A stretch of 64,000 bases of DNA, taken from Eledone cirrhosa. Its lineage: Eukaryota. The stretch covers positions 332,258,001-332,322,000 of the forward strand of contig OZ024742.1 of assembly GCA_964016885.1 (NCBI GenBank), in the 5' to 3' direction. A model generated the notes under the pieces. That model saw only the letters and a list, made by a program, of their open reading frames with translations. It had not been told where the DNA came from and searched no databases. This document shows positions 1 to 11,793 of the stretch, one piece after another (the stretch's first letter is position 1; each line of letters opens with the position of its first letter). Position numbers and translations under genes: made by a program.

Positions 1-171
1 GGAATGCTGTAATAGTTTCAAGCTTATCAGCTATCGTCAGCAACGTATACCATCCTGCCAGATGATTGAACGTCTGAAAGTATATAATTTCCTTATGCAT
101 ATTAACGGCTGAGCAGCCTAATTTGCATATCGAGTGAGTTAATCGGCCGGGGCACCGAAAACGATAAACGG

Positions 172-269
172 AAAAAATGAAACGAAATTTGATTTCTCAC
201 TCTTAGTACGGCTGTTACTTAAAGTAACAGCCGTACTAAGAGTGAGAAATGAAATTTCGTTTCATTTTT
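172..269. repeat. Near-perfect 49-bp-arm hairpin/palindrome abutting a (TA)n tract
   Basis: AAAAAATGAAACGAAATTTGATTTCTCACTCTTAGTACGGCTGTTACTT-A-AAGTAACAGCCGTACTAAGAGTGAGAAATGAAATTTCGTTTCATTTTT, with a 1-nt loop and 1 mismatch. Confidence 0.9.
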
Positions 270-274
270 ATCGG

Positions 275-314
<40 letters not shown>

Positions 315-524
315 CCTTACACACTTAAATATAAATGCATGTATATATATATACAAATGTATACATGCATAGCTATATACATACATAAATGTATGTATGT
401 ATGTATGTATGTATATTTATATATCTATGTATATGTATTTATGTATGTATGTATGTATGTACGTAGATTTATATGTATATATATACATATATTTATATAT
501 ATATATATAAATATATGTATGTAG

Positions 525-573
<49 letters not shown>

Positions 574-584
574 TATGTATGTAG

Positions 585-618
<34 letters not shown>

Positions 619-745
619 AAAGTTATATTTAAATTGTTGGGTTACAACTAGTAAATATTTATAACTGATATAAAAGCACTCAACAAGTATTTGGAGTATA
701 TTTACGATATTAAATAAATGGAAACTATATTTATAAAACCATATT

Positions 746-811
746 TATTTCATTATATATATTTCAGGGATATCATATTAACAATATGTTATGCCTTCTT
801 CAGACAAAATA
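746..811 (-). ncRNA. Type I hammerhead ribozyme motif (mirror copy)
   Basis: Exact reverse complement of 964-1029 in the left arm of the fold-back. Confidence 0.75.
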
Positions 812-963
812 CAATATAGACAGTTTTATAGATAAATAGATTTGACATACCGTTCAACATCGACTTGTATTTGAAAAAGTTGATTTGGCAGTCAACTTTT
901 TCAAATACAAGTCGATGTTGAACGGTATGTCAAATCTATTTATCTATAAAACTGTCTATATTG

Positions 964-1029
964 TATTTTGTCTGAAGAAGGCATAACATATTGTTAATAT
1001 GATATCCCTGAAATATATATAATGAAATA
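964..1029 (+). ncRNA. Type I hammerhead ribozyme motif
   Basis: TATTTTGT-CTGAAGA-AGG..CATAACATATTGTTAATATG..CCT-GAAA-TATATA-TA-ATGAAATA. Stem I is 8 bp (2 GU), stem II is closed by AGG/CCT, and stem III is the palindrome TATATA. Confidence 0.75.
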
Positions 1030-1344
1030 AATATGGTTTTATAAATATAGTTTCCATTTATTTAATATCGTATATATATATATATATGTGTGTGTGTGTG
1101 AGTATGTATATTTATATATATATATATATGTATGTAGATTTATATATATATATATGTAGATAAATCTACCAAAAGTTTACGGTAGTGTCCAATCCGTATG
1201 AAGAACTCAATGTAATCCGGATATCATGAAAAGAGAAGATGCATTCAAAAACTACTTTCGGTGAAAAATAAACGGAAAACAGAGTCAAGATAAATTAATA
1301 AAATAATGAATAAACAAAGAAACAGTTCCTTATATTAAAAAAAA

Positions 1345-1486
1345 TCATCACTTTACGATCGTTTCTAGGATATATATGTGTTAGAGTTGGTATGCATATT
1401 CTATAGATCTATGTACAATATTTATACAAACTATCAGAGGGAATATACATACCTACACATATATATGCTGTCTTCAGAAATAATGA
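1345..1486 (-). ncRNA. Type I hammerhead motif with extended stem II (mirror copy)
   Basis: Reverse complement of 4829-4970, with one A>G change in stem I that is kept as a GU pair. Confidence 0.7.
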
Positions 1487-2102
1487 TATTTGTTTATTGA
1501 AAAAAACAAAGATTCAATACAATAGGTCTGTTTGGGAACAGGTTTTGAATTGACCAATAGAGAGATAGTGAGGGTCAAGATAGTAATATAGTAGTAGAAG
1601 AACCTTAAATTATGGGTAGAGGAAGGTAGATTTCAGTTTTGGATGGAAAAGAATATTATGAATGAAGGATTATTTTAGGGAAGAAAATAGGTCATATGCT
1701 GACCTCAGAAATAATTTTATTTGTTCATTGAATAAAGCCAACAAAGATCTAATATATTCTGTCTGTTTGGTAAGAGGTTTAGAATTAACCAATAGAAAGT
1801 TAATAATTGGCCAAATGGTAAAATAGTAGTAATTGAAGCTTATTTTAGGGGTGAACATAGGTCAGGTCAGTAAAATGTATACAAGCAGTTGCTGTTATAA
1901 AATAGTAATGCCAATGCAAATATCTAAAGAGACTAAAGTTTTACGATAAGAGTGTTAGTGAAAAAAATACATCTATGAAAAGAATATAAATTAATTTAAT
2001 TGATGGGTATATTTATATTGATAACATTATACTAATACATATAGATATGATAAATAAGAGTTAGATGCAGTTGAAAAGTGCTGTTAAAGATGAGGGGAAA
2101 TT

Positions 2103-2408
2103 CTAATAAGTTCTAATAAGCTTTTTATTTTTTTCTATCTCTGAGAGGCTACGGTTATTGGAAAGAAGAAGACAGTCGTCACGATATAAACCACCTTTAA
2201 GGTGGGGAAAGGAAGAATTTATGTTAAAAAGAAGAAAAAGGCCCACAAGATCAGTAATTTGGGCAGAATCGCTTGAGCCCATAGTAATATCGAATAGATT
2301 ACTATATGTGTTTCTGGTCCAGTATACATTCTGAAATTCCAATAGTGTTAGTCTAGCATGTGTAATAATATTAATGTCATCCAAAGTTAAGTTAGATCTA
2401 TTTTTAGC
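2103..2408 (-). pseudogene. PLE reverse transcriptase fragment (inverted segment, motifs B-C)
   Basis: LFDITMGSSDSAQITDLVGLFLL...GGLYRDDCLLL matches the PLE-type MGS and YRDD catalytic motifs. Confidence 0.88.
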
Positions 2409-2409
2409 A

Positions 2410-3783
2410 AAGATAGAAAAAAATAAAAAGCTTATTAGAACTTTCCTTAAAGGCTATTATAGTCTAGATATTACATTTGAAAACACAAATAAAGTAGTTA
2501 ATTTCCTAGATATAACATTAGAATTATCTACGGGTATCTACTAACCTTACCATAAACCCAACCAAAATTTACACTACATACACTCACAATCTAATCACCC
2601 TAAATCTATCCTTAAAAAACCTTGCATATAATATATCACTTAGAATTTCTAACCTTTCGTCTAACCAAGATGTATTTGATAAAAATGCGACCTTTTATAA
2701 CGAAGCTCTAACTAGAAGTGGCCACAAAAATAAATTAGTATATATACCTTCTACCAATAACACTACAAACATACAACCTAATATTACCAACAAACACCAA
2801 AGGAAACATACACACCCAAATGCCACTCATACTATACCCCAAAACACCAACATAAAACCAAATTTCTCTAACTCGTCTAATATACAGTATAGTAACTCTC
2901 AAAAAACTACTCATTCTACAACTCTAATAAATGTTAATAATAAAACTCCTAATAAACAAGCTAAAACACCTAAATCAATAAATCTAACTAAAAATGTGTG
3001 TGGTGAAGTCATTAACAATAATTCTCTTAATAAACATCAGGATGCATCATATAAAACAATAAACAACATCGAAACCGTAATAGACGAATTACTTGGTATA
3101 ATGCTCCATTTAATTTACAAATTAAGGATAATATACCTAAAAAATTCTTTAATATCCTAGAGAAAAACTTCCCGCCAAACCACAAATACCATCAAATTTT
3201 AAATAGATCAACGGTTAAATTCTCCTACTCAACAACCAAAAACATAAAACAAAATATAAGTGCCTATAATGCATATAAATGTAAAAAAAAACATGAGTAT
3301 ACCACCAGTACATCAAACTAACCATAATATCTCCTCAGATACAGGACTCACGAAAAGTTGTAACTGTAGAAACAAGGCAATCTGTCCATTAAAAGGAAAT
3401 TGCCTTGTTAATAACATAGTATATAAATGTAAAGTTAACACTAAGGACTCAATTTATTCATATATAGGAGCTACCTCTAACAAATTTAAGGTAAGATTTA
3501 ATACCCACAAACATAGTTTTAAAAATGCCGCACTAGCTAATACAACATCTCTAGCTGAAATAATTAATAGTTATAGAAAGAGAAATATAGATTATGACCT
3601 GACCTGGAGTGTGCTCAAAAGGGCTACCCCTTATCAAAATAGTAGATATGAATGTAGATAATGTTCCCAACAACTTTTTGAAATAATGAAATCTAAGGAT
3701 ATCCTATTAAATAAGCGACAGGAATTAATAATATCGTGTAATCATAAACTGAGAAAAACCTTTAAATATTATAAACCTAATTA
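2410..3783 (+). pseudogene. PLE RT thumb, linker and GIY-YIG endonuclease (disrupted)
   Basis: IEKNKKLIRTF..VVNFLDITLEL..PYHKPNQ..YIHSQSNHPKSI, then WYNAPF, then CNCRNKAICPLKGNC-NIVYKCKV..YIGATSNKFKVRFNTHKHSF..WSVLKRATPY. Contains internal stops and frameshifts. Confidence 0.9.
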
Positions 3784-4079
3784 ATATACACTTTAGAAAT
3801 TAATATATAAACTGTTTTTAATTTAGTTAACCTATAATTAATACTCTACAACTGATGAACTTCATAATTTTACTTTCCTTCTTACAACTATGATTTCCTA
3901 AAACTGATACCATTAAGTAAACATATATAATGCTTTAACTTCAGGTTATGACTCTATGTTCCTTGAAATCTATATATATTTATTATTTCTCACTAATAAA
4001 TTTAATTACCCCCCCCCATAATTATATGTATATGTAAGTGTGTATGTGTGTGTGTATATATATATGTATGTATATATGC

Positions 4080-4130
<51 letters not shown>

Positions 4131-4828
4131 TGTATGTATATATATATGTGTGTATATGTGTGTGTGTATCTGTATGTATATATATATATATATATTATTT
4201 TTATATTCTGTTAATTTCCCCTCATCTTTAACACCACTTTTCAACTGCATCTAACTCTTATTTATCATATCTATATGTATTAATATAATTTTATCAATAT
4301 AAATATATCCATCAATTAAATTAATTTATATTCTTTTCATAGATGTATTTTTTTCACTAACACTCTTATCGTAAAACTTTAGTCTCCTTAGATATTTGCA
4401 TTGGCATTACTATTTTATAGCAGCAACTGCTTGTATACCTTTTACTGACCTGACCTATGTTCACCCCTAAAATAAGCTTCAATTACTACTATTTTACCAT
4501 TTGGCCAATTATTAACTTTCTATTGGTTAATTCTAAACCTCTTACCAAACAGACAGAATATATTAGATCTTCGTTGGTTTTATTCAATGAACAAATAAAA
4601 TTATTTCTGAGGTCAGCATACGACCTATTTTCTTCCCTAAAATAATCCTTCATTCATAATATTCTTTTCCATCCAAAACTGAAATCTACCTTCCTCTACC
4701 CATAATTTAAGGTTCTTCTACTACTATATTACTATCTTGACCATCACTATCTCTCTATTGGTCAATTCAAAACCTGTTCCCAAACAGACCTATTGTATTG
4801 AATCTTTGTTTTTTTCAATAAACAAATA

Positions 4829-4970
4829 TCATTATTTCTGAAGACAGCATATATATGTGTAGGTATGTATATTCCCTCTGATAGTTTGTATAAATATTGT
4901 ACATAGATCTATAGAATATGCATACCAACTCTAACACATATATATCCTAGAAACGATCGTAAAATGATGA
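4829..4970 (+). ncRNA. Type I hammerhead motif with ~105-nt extended stem II
   Basis: TCATTATTT-CTGAAGA-[CAGCATATATATGTGT...ACACATATATATCCTA]-GAAA-CGATCG-TA-AAATGATGA. Stem I is 9 bp and stem III is the palindrome CGATCG. Confidence 0.7.
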
Positions 4971-5021
4971 ATTTTTAAATATAAGGAACTGTTTCTTTGT
5001 TTATTCATTATTTTATTAATT

Positions 5022-5055
<34 letters not shown>

Positions 5056-5290
5056 AATCTACATACATATATACATACATTTACGTATGTATATAGCTAT
5101 ACATTTATACATTTGTATATATACATGCATTTACATTTAACTGTGTAAGGATATTGATATGATCTATGTCTTCTTTTTTTGGTAAGGAGAACATTTTTGT
5201 CGCCAGATTTTGTTACCTAGGAGTTTAAATACCACACTTCGGGGTGAAAGCTGACCAGGTACTCAACTTCATCAAACACTAACGCCGGCC

Positions 5291-5347
<57 letters not shown>

Positions 5348-5705
5348 ATGTATGTGTATATATGTGTGTGTGTATTTATGTATGTATGTGTGTATATGTT
5401 CACCACCATTGCTTCTTCTTGTCATTTCTGTTGAAGTAGTCCTTACTTTCATTCTCTTTGATTTCGTTTGATTTGATTTTATCTCCCTAGGGAATTCGTT
5501 GACAAGCTACTTTAATTTATTTTCTTTGTTTTCTTCATTCAAATCACTGACTGTCTAAGAGACGTACACATATGACATATAAAACTTACCAAACTAAAAA
5601 GGATGCTAGGGCCCCTTAACGCCCCTTAACGCACCCTTACTGTATAACGCCTCACTGGGGCTACGAAACGCCCCCCCCCTGGCATATGGCCCCTGTTTAG
5701 AATAT

Positions 5706-5930
5706 TTAATCTAGGGCATCCCGAATTTCGGCTGAAGTTATCGACCTTTTGGTGCACTCAGCATCAGCTGGTGAGAGACGCAGTATGCATTTGAGGTAGG
5801 AACTGAACTCCGACCTCAACTCCGGAACAGCTGAGAAAAGCCTGGCATTATTCAACTTTCGTTCACCTCTGTCCGTCAAAGATCGAAATGTGGTTTTATG
5901 ACCACTTTCAACCCTGCCACGCGGGTCCAT
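5706..5930 (-). mobile_element. LINE (L1/Tx1-like) ORF2 fragment, region just upstream of RT
   Basis: ARLFSA..FSSYLKCILRLSPADAECTKRSITSAEIRDAL resembles the 'LPRLS..AE.CEGPIT..EI..A' segment that precedes Tx1/L1 RT (recalled similarity, not searched). Confidence 0.5.
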
Positions 5931-6247
5931 CGAACAGATTTTGTTCCCTCATTTCTTAGTGTACTCACCTGAGTTCTGACAATGCAACTTTCTGAAAATT
6001 TGTCTTTGTCACTGTCATTTTCTTCATCTATTTATCTTTGTATCTGTTGAGTTTTATATGTATTGTCTTAGCTCACAAATCTTCTTTGGATGTTCCTAAT
6101 CAAAACAGTGAAAAACAAGAAAATATTCCTCGGCTTTTTCTCTCTCTAATAATTCTAGAAAAATGCAGGACAATGAGTATCTAAATGAAGAAGTAATCAA
6201 ATATGTTTATATGAAACGGATACTTGTAACAATTCTAAAAATAATTG

Positions 6248-6370
6248 TTTCTGCTTTCGGCAGAAGGGCAGCAATTATACCAGTGCATTACTGGTCATTT
6301 ATTTTATCGACCCCGTAAGGATGAAAGGCGAAGTTAGCCTCAGTGGGATTTGAACTCAGATTGTAAAGGA
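6248..6370 (-). mobile_element. tRNA-derived SINE fragment (Meta-SINE-like central domain)
   Basis: TTTTATCGACCCCGTAAGGATGAAAGGCGAAGTTAGCCTCAGTGGGATTTGAACTCAG is the reverse complement of a B-box (GAGTTCAAATCC) plus the GCCTTTCATCCTT.CGGGGTCGATAAAAT domain. Same family as 22170-22358. Confidence 0.75.
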
Positions 6371-8349
6371 GAGTAACACCATGCTACAAAGCATGGCATC
6401 CGACCCTCTACCTATGCTGCAAATCCAAACTATTGATATTACTTTATAGGAAGTGGAGAAACTATTAGAAACATCTTGAATTAGAAAAAAAAGGACGTGT
6501 GGGAAAAGAACAAACGCAATACCAATACTATTAGGTATTGCGTTAGGTATGATAAAATAAATGTGGCCAACATCACAAGATTTCAACGCTAGAAAGTTTT
6601 AAAAACCAGATCTATAATGTAGAGCTCAAATTCTACAGAAGACACTTTGAATTGAATGCTGCAACATAACATATATGTTAGCATCATGCAAGATATGCCT
6701 CGTACAATAAACGCTTAATAAAATATCACATTTCTACACTAAAGATAACTGACACTATAGCATCAATTATTCGTACAACTCACTTTAAAAAACAAATCAC
6801 ACTCAAATCACACGCCACAACACAATCGCCACATACAACATTTATATTCGACACAATCGACACGGCCGACAAATAATCAAAATAGGGCCAGCATGTGCAC
6901 AATAACTAAAAAGCCATTGGAATACTGATTTAACATACAAAAACAATTCTGTATTTCGAAACACACAAAGCTGCATACACATCACAAACATGAAGGCGCA
7001 TCTGCTGAAGCAATAGAACAATGTTCTCATTTCTTTAGCCACTGAGAACAACAGGATTCAGGTCAATCCCATAAAATACATAGAAATATAAACTAGGTTC
7101 GCTTCCAAAAAACGTGTGGGAAAGAAAAATCAAGTTACATATGTATGTTTATGAAACAAACATGCATAGTAATGACAATTGTAAGTGCATTTTGAGTGGT
7201 TAAAATGAATTTTCAATGCTGCATGTGATACAAATAGCTAAATATAATGACAGTGCTCCAGCATGGCCTCAGCATCTCATATGGAACACAATAAATAATA
7301 TAATAATGAAAAGTGTGTAAGAAATACAAGAAATAAAACAAAATTCAGGTTTTAAGAAGTGCAAACTACCTACACATAAGTGCGAAGGACCCAGCTACAT
7401 TGATCAACGCACCCCACAGATTTGATATTTCAACCTCTCCACGCCCTCTCTCTTCAGGTTTATTACATCCAGAAACATCCGTGATGAGACCTTTGATTAG
7501 ACAGAGGAAATAAGGTCCTACCTCTGGGGGCTGTCTTACTTGTATTCTAAAGGTTAAAAGATTCAGATCTCTTTATCAATATTTTGCTTCGTCATTGTAG
7601 TCTGATAAAATCTCTCTGGTGAGGATCATAACTGGTAGGTTCTCGTGTATTTCATATGTGTATTCTATCAATTTTTTATTTGTTAGACAAAGAAAAGTGA
7701 ACTTCAATGATCTTGAGGAGGATATGGGTTACTCCTCACATGTGATATATAGGAAAGTGATACTTCTCCTCGATGGAAATGTACTCTTTCATAACGTAGT
7801 TCTTAATTACCTTATTTAGCAGTTGATCTTTTTTAGATTTCATTAGATTATACTTCGCTGTGTTCTTTATCTCTTCCAATGAACCGTCACTGCGCGCAAC
7901 CTATGTATTTCCTGCTCCTGTTCAGCATCTTCACATATAGATGGGTTGGTAATGGAGTAAGATGGGAGCTTCTATAAATCCCACTTCCTATAAAACCCTC
8001 TCTTGTGGCAGTTGTTTTCCAATCTTTCCTTCTATCTTTTTCTCACTGTCTGCTGGCTATGGCCAATTGAGAGGCGGGTCCCCAACCTTTCCATTTAACT
8101 GCTGTAATTGAGGGGGGGGGGGGTTCATTTCTGACGTCTCCGGCGTAGCGACAAGTGCAGTAACGCCTTTTGTTTTATGTTGCTGTTGCGTTTGCCGCTG
8201 CAAAGACACCAGCAGCGAAACACTTAATTCAGTATCAAAGTCTACCATGTCGAGCATTGAAAACAATGAAAACGTGACTTTGTTGCAATACTGACCAATC
8301 AAATGGCATTTGCTTCAACTTATTAATAACAATGATAATGATGTTTAAT

Positions 8350-8548
8350 TTAAGTACGTGGCCAGCAGTTTGAATTAGGTGAAAATCGATTATCTCGACC
8401 CTAGTACATAATTAGTACATTATTTGAATAACTTCGGATGGATAACAGTTAGAGTTAACTTCAATAAAGATTAGAACTTTAAATGTAAAGCCAGAAAAAG
8501 TGTCACGTGGCATTTGTATGCAGCACAAACAATTCTACAAATGCGCTT
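8350..8548 (-). mobile_element. Old, degraded copy of the same SINE family
   Basis: GGCCAGCAG..TCGATTATCTCGACCCTAGTAC..GGATGGATAACAGTTAGAGTTAACTTC..TTAGAACTTTAAATGTAAAG is colinear with the SINE at 6248 and 22170. Confidence 0.5.
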
Positions 8549-9343
8549 CCAATAAAGAAATAAGAATAATAATCAGAATAAAAGCGCTGACAAACACATC
8601 CCTTTTCTAAACCACTCTTATTTTTATACCATAACGAAAGCGAAAGCAACTGTTTGACAAAGCAGCGTTGAAAATGATGGAAAAGTATATTTTACGCCAC
8701 GCTTTCCCGCCACCATCGTAGCCTATAAAATTTCACTTCATAGTAGTATTAATAATAATAAAAAGAACACAAACACTTTTGCTACCTCAACTGAGATCAA
8801 CCAACATTTCTCTATAAAACGACTACTTCTATATGTCAACAAGAAAAATAAGAACACCTAAAGTAGTTCCATCGACAATATGGTCCTCAAAATTGAAATA
8901 AAAAATATTAAATGAAAATCAAGAAAATACCAAAAGTTTAATATCATTAACCTCAGGAATCTGAAATGATAATATTATGATTTTTATTTCCATTAATTTT
9001 GTATGTAATTCTTGATGTTATGATAATTATTATACTTAATATACTTGTTATTACTGCTGTTCTTAATATTTCATCATTTTTTTTCTTTTCGATGCGAGAG
9101 ATGTCTTTTGTGAAATGAAATGCAATTATCTATTTAAGAGGACAAGCAAATAATAATGAAATTAATAATAATAATAAAAGCACAAAAATAGCGAAACAAA
9201 ATAAAAGACTTAAAATAACTAAGCGAAATGGGAAAAATGAGTAAAAAAAAAAAAAAAAAATCTCGTTAAATGAATGTAAAACAATAGTTTGACAAAAATT
9301 TTTATTTTGAGCAAGGGTAAAAATCAGTATTTTCACGTTGTAC

Positions 9344-9530
<187 letters not shown>

Positions 9531-9613
9531 TAGATACCGAGTGAAATCAAGGGTGGCCACTGTTAATTCGACTGTTCTAGTATTGCAGAAGCGACATTGA
9601 TGATACATTTTGT

Positions 9614-9661
<48 letters not shown>

Positions 9662-9665
<4 letters not shown>

Positions 9666-10458
9666 AAATTGAGATAACCGGAGCAAGTAAGATTCAAACA
9701 ATGTTTTAAAATAAATAAAAAAATAAAATTTAAATATTTACCCATTCCATTTGCTTTTATCGACGGTTTAACCTTACAAAAGATTGGAGATTCTAGGGAC
9801 CTCCAATGGGAATGTTCGGATCATCAGAGAGCATTTTCCTCAGTTAGGACAAAAGTCCCAGGAACGGCAAAATATATTGCCACCTGCCAGCTAGCACAGG
9901 ATCGAATGAGGCCGTAAACTTGACCTGTGCATGAACCAGCCCTTAGTAGAAGCAGGAGGTAAACATAGGCGTGTTGTCTATCACGCCACTAAAAATAGCG
10001 GATTTGTTCTCTACATAACGGAGAAAATATAAAAGGAGATTAATATCCCGTCTATGTTTACTTCCTGCTTCTACTAAGGGCTGGTTCATGCACAGGTCAA
10101 GTTTACGGCCTCATTCGATCCTGTGCTAGCTGGCAGGTGGCAATATATTTTGCCGTTCCTGGGACTTTTGTCCTAGGTAAGGAAAATGCACTCTGATGAT
10201 CCGAACATTTCCATTGGAGATCCCTAGAATCTCCAATCTTTTGTAAGGTTAAACCGTCGATAAAAGCAAAGGGAATGGGTAAATATTTAAATTATATTTT
10301 TTTTATTTATTTAAAAAAATTGTTTGAATCTTACTTGCTCCGGTTATCTCAATTTTATAGTTCTGGTATGTCAAATTAATACCATGGAATAACCACTGTA
10401 TCATAGACACCCTATATATTTCCAGGGGTACTTAGTACCTGTGGGGGATATTAATCTC

Positions 10459-10468
<10 letters not shown>
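9662..10468. mobile_element. Non-coding asymmetric fold-back element between (TA)n tracts
   Basis: Inverted arms 9662-9971 and 10049-10359 with several mismatches, and a right-arm extension 10360-10468. The last 23 bp (10445-10467) also occur inverted at 10027-10049. CTGATGA is at 10193. Confidence 0.8.
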
Positions 10469-10518
<50 letters not shown>

Positions 10519-11673
10519 TATATAAATATATATATATATACATATATACATTTATATATATATATAGAAATGGAAGTTTAGTAAAATCGAAGTTTTGACT
10601 GTGGCCAAGCTAAGATATACAATTAGGAATGTGTAGCAAACCACTGGATATGGTTGTGTCACTTTAGGGTAATAACATACGTTAGATAGCTTGACAAATT
10701 GAAAACTGCGAGAGGCAAGTCCACCCACATGATACCAGAGCATCGAAAAAAAACATATATATATATATATGGTTCATGATAATCTTCTTCATACTGATGT
10801 TACACGCTTTCTCGAGTACAGCATCATGTGTTTAAGAAGACCTTTGATGTTCAGCACATATTGCCTCATACACAGACAGCTATGTGTCTCTAGACGTACC
10901 CCTGTCTGACCCGATTCACTTCTCAAATTTCCCGAATGCAAAACTCACTTTCGCAATACTGTGATTAAATTCGAACATACCATTTCGAATACATGTACTT
11001 CCGAGATACACGATCCTTTTTCCTCTTACGAAAATATCTTACTCCACATGACACATCTCCAACTGTCTTTGAAATTTGTTATGCTAATATTTAGTCCGAA
11101 TACAGTAGTACATTTGAGTAGGTGTCCAATATAAAACTGCATATCCTCTACAGTATGTAGCAGAAAATCTGCCTCATCAACTTACAGGAACGTTCCGTCA
11201 AATATGCCAGATGTTTTGGATTTGGATTAAAAACGTCTCAGATTACAGAGTTTGCAACTTGCGGTCCAATACGATCTACATTTTATTAGCCATCTGGGCC
11301 AAGTTCACTCGCATAAGTTTTCGACCCATACCTCATTGAGTGAGTAATATATGCAAACGGGATTATAGTGAACAATCCCGAAACGTCGCTACATTTAAAT
11401 ATATATATATGCATATATATATGTATAGCACAAATAGAAATTGACTGTAAGGATATATATGCGCAAACATACAAACACACTCACATACACATATGCACTC
11501 ACACTCACACATACACACACGCACACAAATATGTATATATATATATATAAATATATATATATATATTCAGCGAGAATCGTATTTCGGCCGGTAGAAAAAG
11601 CGAAACGAAACGCAAAATCGTAGAAATGCTGGCAAGCGCTCCAATAGTTAAGAAAACTAGAGCTAAACAATAT

Positions 11674-11793
<120 letters not shown>

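Larger units (their letters stand above)
617..1072. mobile_element. Non-coding fold-back element (PLE terminal-repeat derived) between (TA)n tracts
   Basis: Perfect inverted arms ~703-883 and 892-1072 with an 8-nt loop (TTTGGCAG). The left arm has an ~85-bp unpaired extension (617-702). Each arm carries a hammerhead motif. Confidence 0.8.
1160..5023 (+). mobile_element. Penelope-like retroelement, 5'-truncated and 5'-inverted, with inverted pseudo-LTRs
   Basis: ~810-bp inverted repeats at ~1291-2102 and ~4213-5023; mirror ORFs 1670-1858(-) and 4457-4645(+) confirm the symmetry. RT and GIY-YIG remnants lie inside, each repeat has an HHR, and both ends sit in (TA)n. Confidence 0.9.

Noticed and set aside
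1670-4645. Pair of near-identical 62-aa ORFs (1670-, 4457+), and similarly 30156+/30496-
   Set aside because: They are by-products of inverted repeats in non-coding terminal regions, useful only as symmetry markers.
7410-7520. CTGAAGA..GAAA on the minus strand and a GTGATGA-GACCTT..AAGGTC hairpin on the plus strand
   Set aside because: Stems I and II do not pair or the GAAA is missing, so no hammerhead is supportable.
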